A stretch of 64,000 bases of DNA from Tubiluchus corallicola (taxonomy: Eukaryota > Animalia > Priapulida), in the NCBI GenBank assembly GCA_030141605.1, contig JAQGDQ010000940.1, positions 1-64,000 of the forward strand, written 5' to 3'. Each line of letters starts with the position of its first letter. Position 1 is the first letter of the stretch. This document shows, in pieces, positions 1 through 9,500 of the stretch. The position numbers and the translations under genes were made by a program. The notes beneath the pieces are model-generated. The model saw nothing but the letters and a program-made list of their open reading frames with translations, made no database searches and was not told the DNA's origin.

Positions 1-17
1 CGAAGAGGACCATGACT

Positions 18-2915
18 TCATTCTAACATCATAGGATGGGTACGGAGGTGGCTTATAAGCCCGATTCTTGCTGAGAACCTCCTCCTGCAATGAGGACATG
101 AGAATGGTGCATCTTGATAGGCATTGCGTTGTCTGTCTTTTCGAAGCTGTCTTTTCTCCTGCCTAACTTGGATGCGCCTGGACTCATAGTTGGTCACTCC
201 CGATTTGATGAGGGACCGCCAACGTGATCTCTCCTGTGCCACATCTTCCCAGGAGTCGACATTGATGTTGCATTCTTTCAGGGTGGCTTTAAGGGTGTCT
301 TTGTATCTTTTCCGTTGCCCTCCAACTGACCGTTTCCCTACTTTCAGCTCGCAGTACATGAGTCTCTTTGGCAGTCTGTGATCTTCCATACGTCGAACAT
401 GACCAGCCCATTTCAGTTGTGCTGCCTTAAGCATTGCATGAACACTGATGGATTGTGCTCTCTCGAGGACTTCAGTGTCTGGTATGTAGTCCTGCCAGCT
501 GATCTTGAGGAGTCGTCTTAGACAACGCAGGTGGAAGGAGTTTAGTTGTCTGGCATGGCGACTATAGACTGTCCACGACTCGCAGGCATACAGCAAGGAT
601 GGAATGACTACAGCATGGTAGACCTTGAGTTTAGTTGAAAGCTTGATGCCTCGTCTTTCCCAGCATGTTGTTCTTAGGTTTCCAAAGGCTGCACTGGCTC
701 TTGATATTCTGAAGGCTGCTTCATCATCAATGGTAGCTGATCTTGATAGGGTGCTACCCAAGTAAACGAACTTGTTAGCTGCCATCAGTTTCTCATTTTT
801 GATAGTGATGGTTGGTTCTACATATGTGCTGTCAGGGGCAGGCTGAAGTAGGACCTCTGTCTTTTTTGTGTTAATAGTGAGGCCAAAATCATCGCACGCC
901 TGTGCAAAGAGGTTAACAGCTTCCTGCATGTCTTGCTCTGAGGTGGCATTGAGAGCGCAGTCGTCTGCAAATAAGAGGTCACGGATGGTGTCTTCTTTGA
1001 CTTTGGTCTTGGCCTGCAGTCTGCGAAGATTGAAAAGTTTTCCATCTGTCCTGTAACGGATGTCAATACCGACATTCCTGTCTCTGTATGCATCGGTGAG
1101 CATTGCGGAGAACATCATGCTGAAGAGAGTCGGTGCCAGCACACAGCCCTGTTTTACGCCATTGGAGACTGCGAATGGGTCTGAATATTTCCCGTTGTCC
1201 TGAACTCTCGCTTGCATACCATCATGGAATTCTCTGATCAGCTTTATAAACTTGTCAGGGCATCCAAATTTAGCCATGATTTTCCAGAGTCCTTCGCGAG
1301 ACACGGTGTCGAAGGCCTTAGTGAGGTCAACGAAGGTTGTCAGTAGGTTGACATTCTGTTCTCTGCATTTTTCTTGCAGCTGCCGCACTGCAAAGATCAT
1401 ATCAACTGTGCTGCGTCCCTGTCTAAAGCCACACTGACTTTCAGGTAGAAGATCTTTCTCTAGGTGTGTGTTGAGACGATCTAGAAAAATTCTTGCCAGG
1501 ATTTTGCCAGCAATCGATAGGAGTGAGATGCCCCTGTGATTGTCGCACTGCTGTCTGTTTCCTTTCCGCTTATAGAGGTGGATGATTGTGGCATCTTTGA
1601 AGTCTTGCGGTAGTTTTTCTTGTTTCCACAAAAATTGGAACAGCTCCGTCAGTTTCGTCTGTAGTTTAGGGCTGCCGTTTGCATATATTTCAGCTGGGAT
1701 GGAGTCAGCACCAGGTGCTTTGCCGCTGGACAGGCTCTTTATGGCTTTCTCTACCTCTTTCTCTGATGGGGGATTTTCAAGAGATCTGTTGGTAGGGACT
1801 TGGGGTAGTCTTTCTATGGCCTCGTCATTTATTGAGGATGGTCGATTTAGAATAGTGTTGAAATGTTCAGCCCAGCGTTGGAGAATCTTATCATTTTCGG
1901 TGAGAAGGGTTGATCTATCGGCACTGAGAATTGGTGTTGTGCCAGACTTGGACGGTCCGTAAATAGCTTTGAGAGCCTGATAAAAGTTCTTTTGATCCTT
2001 TCTGTCTGCGAAGGTTTGAATTTGGTCAGCTTTTCCACTTAGCCAGGAGTCCTGCATGGCTCTGAGCTCATTTTGGACTTTTCTTTTGGCATTGGTGAAG
2101 GCAGTTTTCTTTGCTGGACACTTGGGGTTGTTTATAAAAGCTCTGTGACATTGGTGCTTTTCATTTAGTAGGGTCTGGATGTGATCGTTGTTTTCCTCAA
2201 ACCAGTCTTGGTGTTTTCTGGTGCAGGGCCCAATGGTTTCTAGTGCAAAGGAGTAAATGGCATCACTAAGGGCTTTCCATTGAGTTTCAGGCTCTAGATA
2301 ACTATTATCCAATGCCTCTAATCTATCGTCCACGTCATTCATGAGTGATTGCCTGATGTTTTCCATTTTCAACTTGGAGATATTCAGCCGCTTGGGTGCC
2401 CGTTTTCCCTGCGGTCTTCTTGGGGGGTGGATTCTGATGTTTAGTTTGGACAGTATAAGCCGGTGGTCTTTCCAACATTCTGCACCGCACATTGCCTTTG
2501 TTACTCTGACATCTTGTTTGTCTCTCTGCCTGACGATAAGATAATCTAGTAGATGCCACTTCTGTGATCGTGGATGTTTCCATGATGTTCTGTTTCGGTG
2601 GGGAAGACGGAATACAGAGTTGGTGATGAGCAACTCATGGGATGCACAAGTTTCCAGGAGCAGAAGTCCATTGCTGTTGCAGTTACCGGTGCCGTTCTTT
2701 CCTAAGACGCCTTTCCATGTGTCATGGTCTTTTCCGACTCTGGCATTGAAATCACCTAGTATGAGTAGTTTATCTGCTCGTGGGACTGCAGAGATGGCTT
2801 CATTTAGGTCGCTGTAGAATTTTTCTTTGGTGGCCTCTGGGTTTGTCATTGTGGGTGCATATGCACTTATGATGGTGGCGTGTCTTTTTTTTGACAGTGG
2901 CAGTCGTAGTGTCAT
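18..2915 (-). CDS. RTE retrotransposon ORF: C-terminal part of APE endonuclease, reverse transcriptase and C-terminal C2H2 finger (965 aa)
   Basis: APE motifs SAYAPT, LGDFNARVG, LDY and DHRL. RT motifs KAPGAD, NHRGISLL, QCGFR, FVDLTKAFDTV, GVKQGCVLAP and FADD. Terminal CPHC..HLRTH. No stops or frameshifts. Confidence 0.93.
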   Translation of the reverse strand: MTLRLPLSKKRHATIISAYAPTMTNPEATKEKFYSDLNEAISAVPRADKLLILGDFNARVGKDHDTWKGVLGKNGTGNCNSNGLLLLETCASHELLITNSVFRLPHRNRTSWKHPRSQKWHLLDYLIVRQRDKQDVRVTKAMCGAECWKDHRLILSKLNIRIHPPRRPQGKRAPKRLNISKLKMENIRQSLMNDVDDRLEALDNSYLEPETQWKALSDAIYSFALETIGPCTRKHQDWFEENNDHIQTLLNEKHQCHRAFINNPKCPAKKTAFTNAKRKVQNELRAMQDSWLSGKADQIQTFADRKDQKNFYQALKAIYGPSKSGTTPILSADRSTLLTENDKILQRWAEHFNTILNRPSSINDEAIERLPQVPTNRSLENPPSEKEVEKAIKSLSSGKAPGADSIPAEIYANGSPKLQTKLTELFQFLWKQEKLPQDFKDATIIHLYKRKGNRQQCDNHRGISLLSIAGKILARIFLDRLNTHLEKDLLPESQCGFRQGRSTVDMIFAVRQLQEKCREQNVNLLTTFVDLTKAFDTVSREGLWKIMAKFGCPDKFIKLIREFHDGMQARVQDNGKYSDPFAVSNGVKQGCVLAPTLFSMMFSAMLTDAYRDRNVGIDIRYRTDGKLFNLRRLQAKTKVKEDTIRDLLFADDCALNATSEQDMQEAVNLFAQACDDFGLTINTKKTEVLLQPAPDSTYVEPTITIKNEKLMAANKFVYLGSTLSRSATIDDEAAFRISRASAAFGNLRTTCWERRGIKLSTKLKVYHAVVIPSLLYACESWTVYSRHARQLNSFHLRCLRRLLKISWQDYIPDTEVLERAQSISVHAMLKAAQLKWAGHVRRMEDHRLPKRLMYCELKVGKRSVGGQRKRYKDTLKATLKECNINVDSWEDVAQERSRWRSLIKSGVTNYESRRIQVRQEKRQLRKDRQRNAYQDAPFSCPHCRRRFSARIGLISHLRTHPMMLE

Positions 2916-3566
2916 TAGTCTTTCTTTTCTTTGTTTCTTACCGCTAGGTTGGGATCCCCGCCAGCCGCGGCGTGCTAGCCAGGGTGAGGTGAAGCAGGCA
3001 ATGTTTGGGGCACCTTTTCTAGCCCTTTCCCCATGCTAAGGGGGGAAGCAGTGCAATCCTGAAAAGGGCTGCTTCGTCACTCAGGTGGCTGCCGAATTCC
3101 AACGCTGCTTCGGTTCGGTGGAAAGCGACCCTATGGCCTGAGCCGCCTACGTGCAGAAGAGTGGCTACGGCTACCAGTGTATCCACACCTACCGCTTCGC
3201 CACGCTGTCCATCGCCGCAGGACTTTTTGTAGGTATAGGGGGTATGGATGAAGTCATGACTTGCGCGTTAAATTGATTTAAGTGACGGAGAGTTGCGCAA
3301 TGTCGTCAGCCTCACTCTCTCGTCCTCGCCCTTCTTTACCCAGTGGCATGACATAGTCGAGACGACTGGAGATGGGTCCGGATGCAGTGGATGGCCATCA
3401 GCGTCTCCGGTGCCTTGTTGTGCCCTGTTTGCGCTCCACAGCACTTCGCTGCGACTGCCTTCTTGCCCGTTGAACCAGGCAGGTTTCTTCCGCGCTTTCC
3501 GCCAGCCTCAGTCTTCGTGTATTCGGGATAGGCATATCCCACCCTCAGGCAGAGCCCTTGGGTTCA

Positions 3567-3757
3567 CTCACGTAGTTTGGCCGGTCAGTCAAAACCGTTG
3601 CCCGGGGTGTGGCCACTGCCATACACAAGCAGTATACGTGGAGCCATACGTGAGCTAGATACAGGAGTGGGAACCAAGTAGGATCCAGGCCATCCCAATA
3701 GGGAGTGACTGCCTTTCACTGTGAGGTACCATCCCTCCTCTCGTACCCTACACCACC
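3567..3757 (-). ncRNA. Putative HDV-like self-cleaving ribozyme at the RTE 5' end
   Basis: Manual fold of the minus strand. P1 GUGGUGU(3756-3750)/ACACCCC(3610-3604) with one mismatch. P2 CUCACGUA(3654-3647)/UACGUGAG(3574-3567). P3 GGC/GCC with L3 starting UCCACGU. GG follows P1 for P1.1. P4 CGGUU/GACCG. J4/2 GCCAAAC. HDV-like ribozymes are known in RTE 5' UTRs. Confidence 0.6.
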
Positions 3758-6427
3758 AATATATATATATATATATTTCCACTAATTCACTTGGAATTTC
3801 AATTGACAGTAATAAAATCTAGAACCAGGCCAATATTTCCCTCGCTAACTAATGAAAAGTTGAGCATTTTTCACAACAGTGTTAGACGGAGCTGCAGCTA
3901 AATGTCCCGAACGTACCTGCGTTAATTAAGCTCTGCAGGTGTGTGAAATAACTTGCACGCTGATTGGGCAGTCAACGAGAATGACTGACATTATGCTAGA
4001 CGTCAACTACGTAGGTCCGTCAATTTATTTTAAATTATTTTGAGAATGGACGTTCGAAATTACGTCCATTGCGTTCAAATACACATACCGAATGGACGTC
4101 CATGGCGTTCAAATACATAGTAAATGAACGTAAACCGCGGATATCAAAATAGTTTACAGTTTAGTGAAAGGGCGTTCAACTTACGTCCAACAAGTCTATC
4201 GAAGTAGCAAACACACATCCAACGGAATACATTCATCAGTTTAGTAAATGGACGCTTAAAAAATCGCGTCCAAAATAGCGTTCATCAAGTCCAATAAAAA
4301 AGGAGGCCTGTTCAATTCAAAACGTGCATTTATTTCCATATTTATCATATAAATGAGTCAAATAAGTATATTAAATTATCATAATTATTGGATTTAGGAT
4401 AATTCACAAGTTACTTGTATTGCAAAAACGGGCATACTTTACGTCTTCACTTAACTCACCGGGCCAACACTTCGCAGTAATTCTACAAAAGCAGACTTAG
4501 AATTCTACAATACTGCGTTTTAAAGCTTCACTGTACATGAATCGTGCCATAAAAATTCTTATTCTTAAAACTCCTAGTTTCTACCACATTAACCACAAAC
4601 GCTCACTGCGGTGCATGCGCTGTTCTGAATCTTTGACATGTGAGTGATATCCTGCTTATTAAGCGCACGAAAGAAATCGAGCATTAGACATGCACTATAC
4701 TGTACGTTATGAATAAAAATAATATCAAAGCTCTTATCAATTCATTATAATAATAACTTCAAGCCGCTCTGTAATAGTTTGGTAATAGCAATGATCGTAT
4801 ATACAGTGTCTTTATTTATTTAATAATTTTATTATAGTGAACATGTGTAATTTTTCTAGTACTACAGTATTAGTGTAATTTAATAAGTATAATTGTATAC
4901 ACAATTAAGGTCACTCTGTAATAACTTTGTGATAGTAAACATCGATTATTTAGTTGGTTTATCTACTTAATACTTATATTATATTGTATATTTCTTGTGC
5001 TACAATTATTGTAAGCTACCCTGAACACATGGGCATGTACAAAAAAAAACAAAAATGCCCTCTGGGAGGAACTTTATGCATCAGGCAGATAACTTGTGAC
5101 TGACACAATGACTCTAGGGATTTGTAACTGTTCCTTAAAAAACTCAGTGCACGCTGCAGAGCCCCTTTCGTACGTGGCAAAAGTCTTAGGGTAAGACGTC
5201 CATACTTTTAAATAACCGATTGGTGACTTATTGACTATAATTATTACAGTATTAACAAAGGCAGAGTTTGATCACTATGAGCATCATGTGGGTTAACGTT
5301 ATTTGTAAGATCAGTTAAACGTCGAAATATGACTAATGTAAATTTTTCTGAAAGATTACAAATGTGGTTGTTAACAGAGAGGTAATGTTCGATTTTCCGA
5401 AAATTTACTACAAAACACTGCACTTCAGTAAAGAACTGTTCTACATAATGGAATAGAAATATTCATGATAAAAAGTAAGCATATAACAATAGCAAAATGT
5501 TTGCTCTAAATAGCTGTCGAGCAATCTTTTGGAGCTTATAAAGTATTACTTTTAGGTATATTTCTGAAAATACCTTATTTAGAAAAACAACGAAAATGTT
5601 CGCAAGCATGATTCATGACCATGCAATTATCTTCACAGCTGCGCACTTGTAGGACATTGGTCGTCCTATTTTCAACTTAATTAATTAATTATTTCATTTA
5701 TTTAATTAATTTCATTTAACTAAACCTGTTGTGCTTATGTTGGAAGTTCAATCGGAAGTTCAATCCACAAAGTATTTTTATGTGGAGATTTGTGAAGTAA
5801 ATATAATATAACATAAGTAATTAAATAAAAATTATTTTTTTATAATGTACAAAATGAGCAAGATTAAATAAATACTAAAAATCATTGGTTAAATACAATA
5901 TTGAGTGACGACAGAGAATGCATAATATCCTCAAGCGGGTTTCAGTGCAGTTCCAATTCCAATGCAAAACATATCTTTTGACAACTTAGTTAAAAGATAA
6001 AAAGTCTATTATTATTATACATCTAGGTGACGAACACTTATTATGACATAAATTTTTGGGATAAAACATTGCATTCCTTTATTTTGGGCTTGGAGCATTA
6101 AATTATGCACATAAAAATGCCAATTTGACTTGGGAAATTTGTTCTCGTGACAAAAGTGCATGAAAATAATAATTTTTAGCTTAGGTCTAATTTTCATCAC
6201 AATTGTTAACCAACTTGCCACTAGACGGCGCCAACTATAAGATTGCATTTATAATTGGAAGATACTGCATTAATAATTTTCTTGCTGCATCTGCAAAATT
6301 AAAACAATGCGCACTACAATTGTCCTGTATTTCTCTACCTTGATATGTAAAATAAATGACCTATAGTGTTTGATACTTGTAATGTATTTAGTTTACGCAC
6401 AAAATAAAAGCACTTGTAGTGTATAAG

Positions 6428-6450
6428 TGACGTCAGTGGATCACGTGACA
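6428..6450 (+). promoter_or_regulatory. CRE (TGACGTCA) and E-box (TCACGTGAC) in the putative OAZ proximal promoter
   Basis: Perfect TGACGTCA at 6428-6435 and TCACGTGA at 6441-6448, about 110-125 bp upstream of the OAZ ATG in a locally CpG-rich stretch. Confidence 0.5.
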
Positions 6451-6554
6451 GAATTGCAATTTTGTTGACTTCGCTTTTTTAGTGAGGTCTCGTCCTCGGA
6501 CGAAGGTTTTTGTAAAGACATTTTGTAGCAGTCGTAACACAACTTGATAAGAAA

Positions 6555-9500
6555 ATGCCGTCGATATCAAATTTTAAGTATGTATAAAATAAAAATATTA
6601 AAATTTTATGGTAGCTAGTTTTCTGTTAATTATAGTTTGATGCGTCGTAAAATCGTTCACCATGAAAGCGTAAACAAGGAACTTCACGATAATGGCGTCG
6701 GATTTAGGAAAAATTTTAGATCAGCTTTTAGTTTTTGATCCCCATTGTTTCACCGGAAAAGTGAAAACAGACAATAGAAAAAACAGCGTGGAAAGGTTTG
6801 AAGAACAAAGAAAAATTTTGAAACAAGGCTTATCGAACTAATGTCCTCGCCCTTCTCAAACATCAGCTATAGTTATAGTGTTGATTGTAAGCTAGATTCC
6901 TGCATAAAATTTAATGTTAGATACTAGATTTCCTGTTTAGGCTTAACCAACTTTGTTATATTTGTTGAAAGCTAAATAAAACATTTTGCATATCAACCGG
7001 AATTGTTTTCTGTGGTTGTCAATTCGAAGGTCAAGTTATTCGATTTCTGAATGTCGGCATAACATTTTTTTTGCTGTAGCAAATGTACATTTATTTCGCA
7101 TAACATATTTTCAACAAGTAATATGGCACAATATTATGAGCACATTGAAAATTACTAACAGTTTTAATCTACTACATTACATTATAATTGAAACAAAAGT
7201 ACTGGGTATATTCAACTGAAATTAGCTTAGTTGTCCATGCACACAACTCAAATAAAATGCATTGTGGAAATCTATAAAAGTACTACCCTGTTAGCCTGTT
7301 TACCTGTCAGTATCATATTAAATGAGTATTTAGTGTGTTTCTTGATACTGTATTGTCCTGTGATGTGCAGTATGGTCTTCACACTTATTCCATTGCATAC
7401 TACGTAATTGTGTAAATAATTAGCAGGTCACTGACCCTCAACGTTACTAGAGTTTCGAAGCACCTCAACAGAGAGCTGTTTAATTCAATAAGCTTCACTC
7501 TTATCGCATACGTCGTCGTCTCAGCAATCACAGACTGCAATTTGTTATAAACTTTTAAAGGCAGCCTTTTTCTTGTGTGTGAAACCAATGCTGGTGACCC
7601 TGAAACTTATACCTAGTATTTTCCTAACACATCTAAATACATTGCTGATGTATTGTGATAATACTACTATATATATATGTCCCACATTGTGTGTAGTGGA
7701 TAACACTCGATTTTGAACATTTGTCATGCTTCAACTAGCTGATTTTTCATTTTTCTTGAACTGAAATCAACATAGCTGTGCCAGTAATAATGTAAATTGA
7801 CCTTGAGCTGGGTCAGAAATAGCCTTGTCGTCTTTAATGTGAAGAAATAAAGCTGATATATTTTTCTCATCATCACATTGCTATGCTGCTTTGCTGTGCT
7901 TATGATTGATGCTTCTCCTCATCAGTCGTGTTATTTTACTCGATCCCAACTTGTGTTCAATGTTAGAATGGAGATGTATTTTAAAATAGAACTGCCAAGG
8001 AACAGTATACACACATATCTCGGATTGCCGGATCTTGCTTTTGCAGATAATCGAAAGAATCATAGACAATCTGGACGGCTAAAGAGTCCTGCATACTACG
8101 GGACACAGTCCGTTGCTTCGTTATCTTATTTAAACATGTGCAGGAAAAATATAGAGTCGACTGTGCGGAGTTATTTGAGTCAATTGCCAACAGTTTTTAT
8201 ATACTTTTGCATAGGAATGGCCCATACTAGATGTTTCTGAGACAATTAGGCGATTGTCTGCATTATTGTGAGTCTAATACACGGTGCCTACTGTGTTAGC
8301 TTAGCATTGGTAAACACTGGCAATTGGCAACTTCGGACCGACTTATCCCCGCTTTTGTCCGGCAAACCGAGATATGAGTGTAGATAGAAAAGTGGGATCT
8401 GTATTTTGTGCTAGAAAAAGCTAACTCTTTATACTATACTTTCTGTTTTTCTTAAATCTTATGTTGTATAGAATATTGCAGCTGGTGCATCAGTGTGTTA
8501 CTTTGACTCTGTAAACACTGACATTTTGCTGTTAGTATTTGTTTTCTGCCAGTCTCCCTCGTCTGTTCTCTTGAATTGTATGTGCCAATAAACAAATAGA
8601 TTTAAATTGAGTTAAATTTGAAATTGGAATTGGTCTTAATGTATGTGAACAGTCTTGGAAAAAGACAACTGTTTATAAATCCAGTTTTCCCCTTCGACCT
8701 ATTCGCCATCGAATTCTTAACAAGTGATTGTTTTCCTGTTAACTGACACCTCAGTTGCTTCAACAAAAAAATGTCAGCACATTTTTACTTTCTTCTTGAA
8801 AACCTCTTTACGCTGTGAATACTACTATATTTAGACTTGAATTGATGAATGATGATTTGCCGTTTTTGTCTAGGTTAAGTAGTGAACGGTATATAACGCT
8901 GGACGCAGGGCCTCTGCAGTGCTCCTGATGTGCCCCACGCCGTTGCAGATGTGTGTTTGACGCAGGTGGGCGGCGGCGTGGGGAAAGTTTACTTTCCACC
9001 TGTCCTGGGCAGAAGCTTTAAGTTGGTAAGATTGTTTTTGATTTAAATTTAACTTTGATTTAGCTAAGAGGCCTACATTTTGTGCTTTATTGTGTAGTTT
9101 ATAACTTGCACAACACAACCGGGATGAAATATTGTGCAATATAATTGCTCGGTATTCAGTATCGCCTACAGATGTTCGCTACTGTTGCAAAATATTCCTT
9201 ATCGCGTAATGCAATTCATTGTTATCTTGTGTATATGTATGCCCCCTAATGTTAAATGAAAACTGGATGATTGTGCAGACATTAGTTCAAAATAAAGTAT
9301 GCTTTAAAGTTATGAAAACTTATGAAAGCTTAGATTAAATAATAATCACCTCGGATAGCTAAATTTTGTTAAACTTACAAAGCCATGCATGGCTGAGTGA
9401 ATCCACTAAGACTGGCAATGGCGCTTTTTTGTCACACTAGCATGGCTGACAAATAGGTGCTGTACCGTGATAAGCGTGATCATGAACTGCAGTATTTGTC

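Larger units (their letters stand above)
1..3757 (-). mobile_element. RTE-clade (BovB/RTE-1-like) non-LTR retrotransposon; 5' UTR present, 3' tail runs off the window
   Basis: Single APE-RT ORF at 18-2915 with a GC-richer ~800 bp 5' UTR ending abruptly at a (TA)n run at 3760. A short 3' UTR (GTCATGGTCCTCTTCG on the minus strand) is cut by the window edge. Confidence 0.95.

Noticed and set aside
190-3782. Short ORFs overlapping the RTE element
   Set aside because: Antisense or alternate-frame shadows of the RT ORF and the GC-rich UTR, with no recognisable motifs.
8926-8928. UGA as selenocysteine, readthrough, or a pseudogene/sequencing error
   Set aside because: Antizyme homology continues only in the +1 frame, and the context matches the canonical frameshift site.
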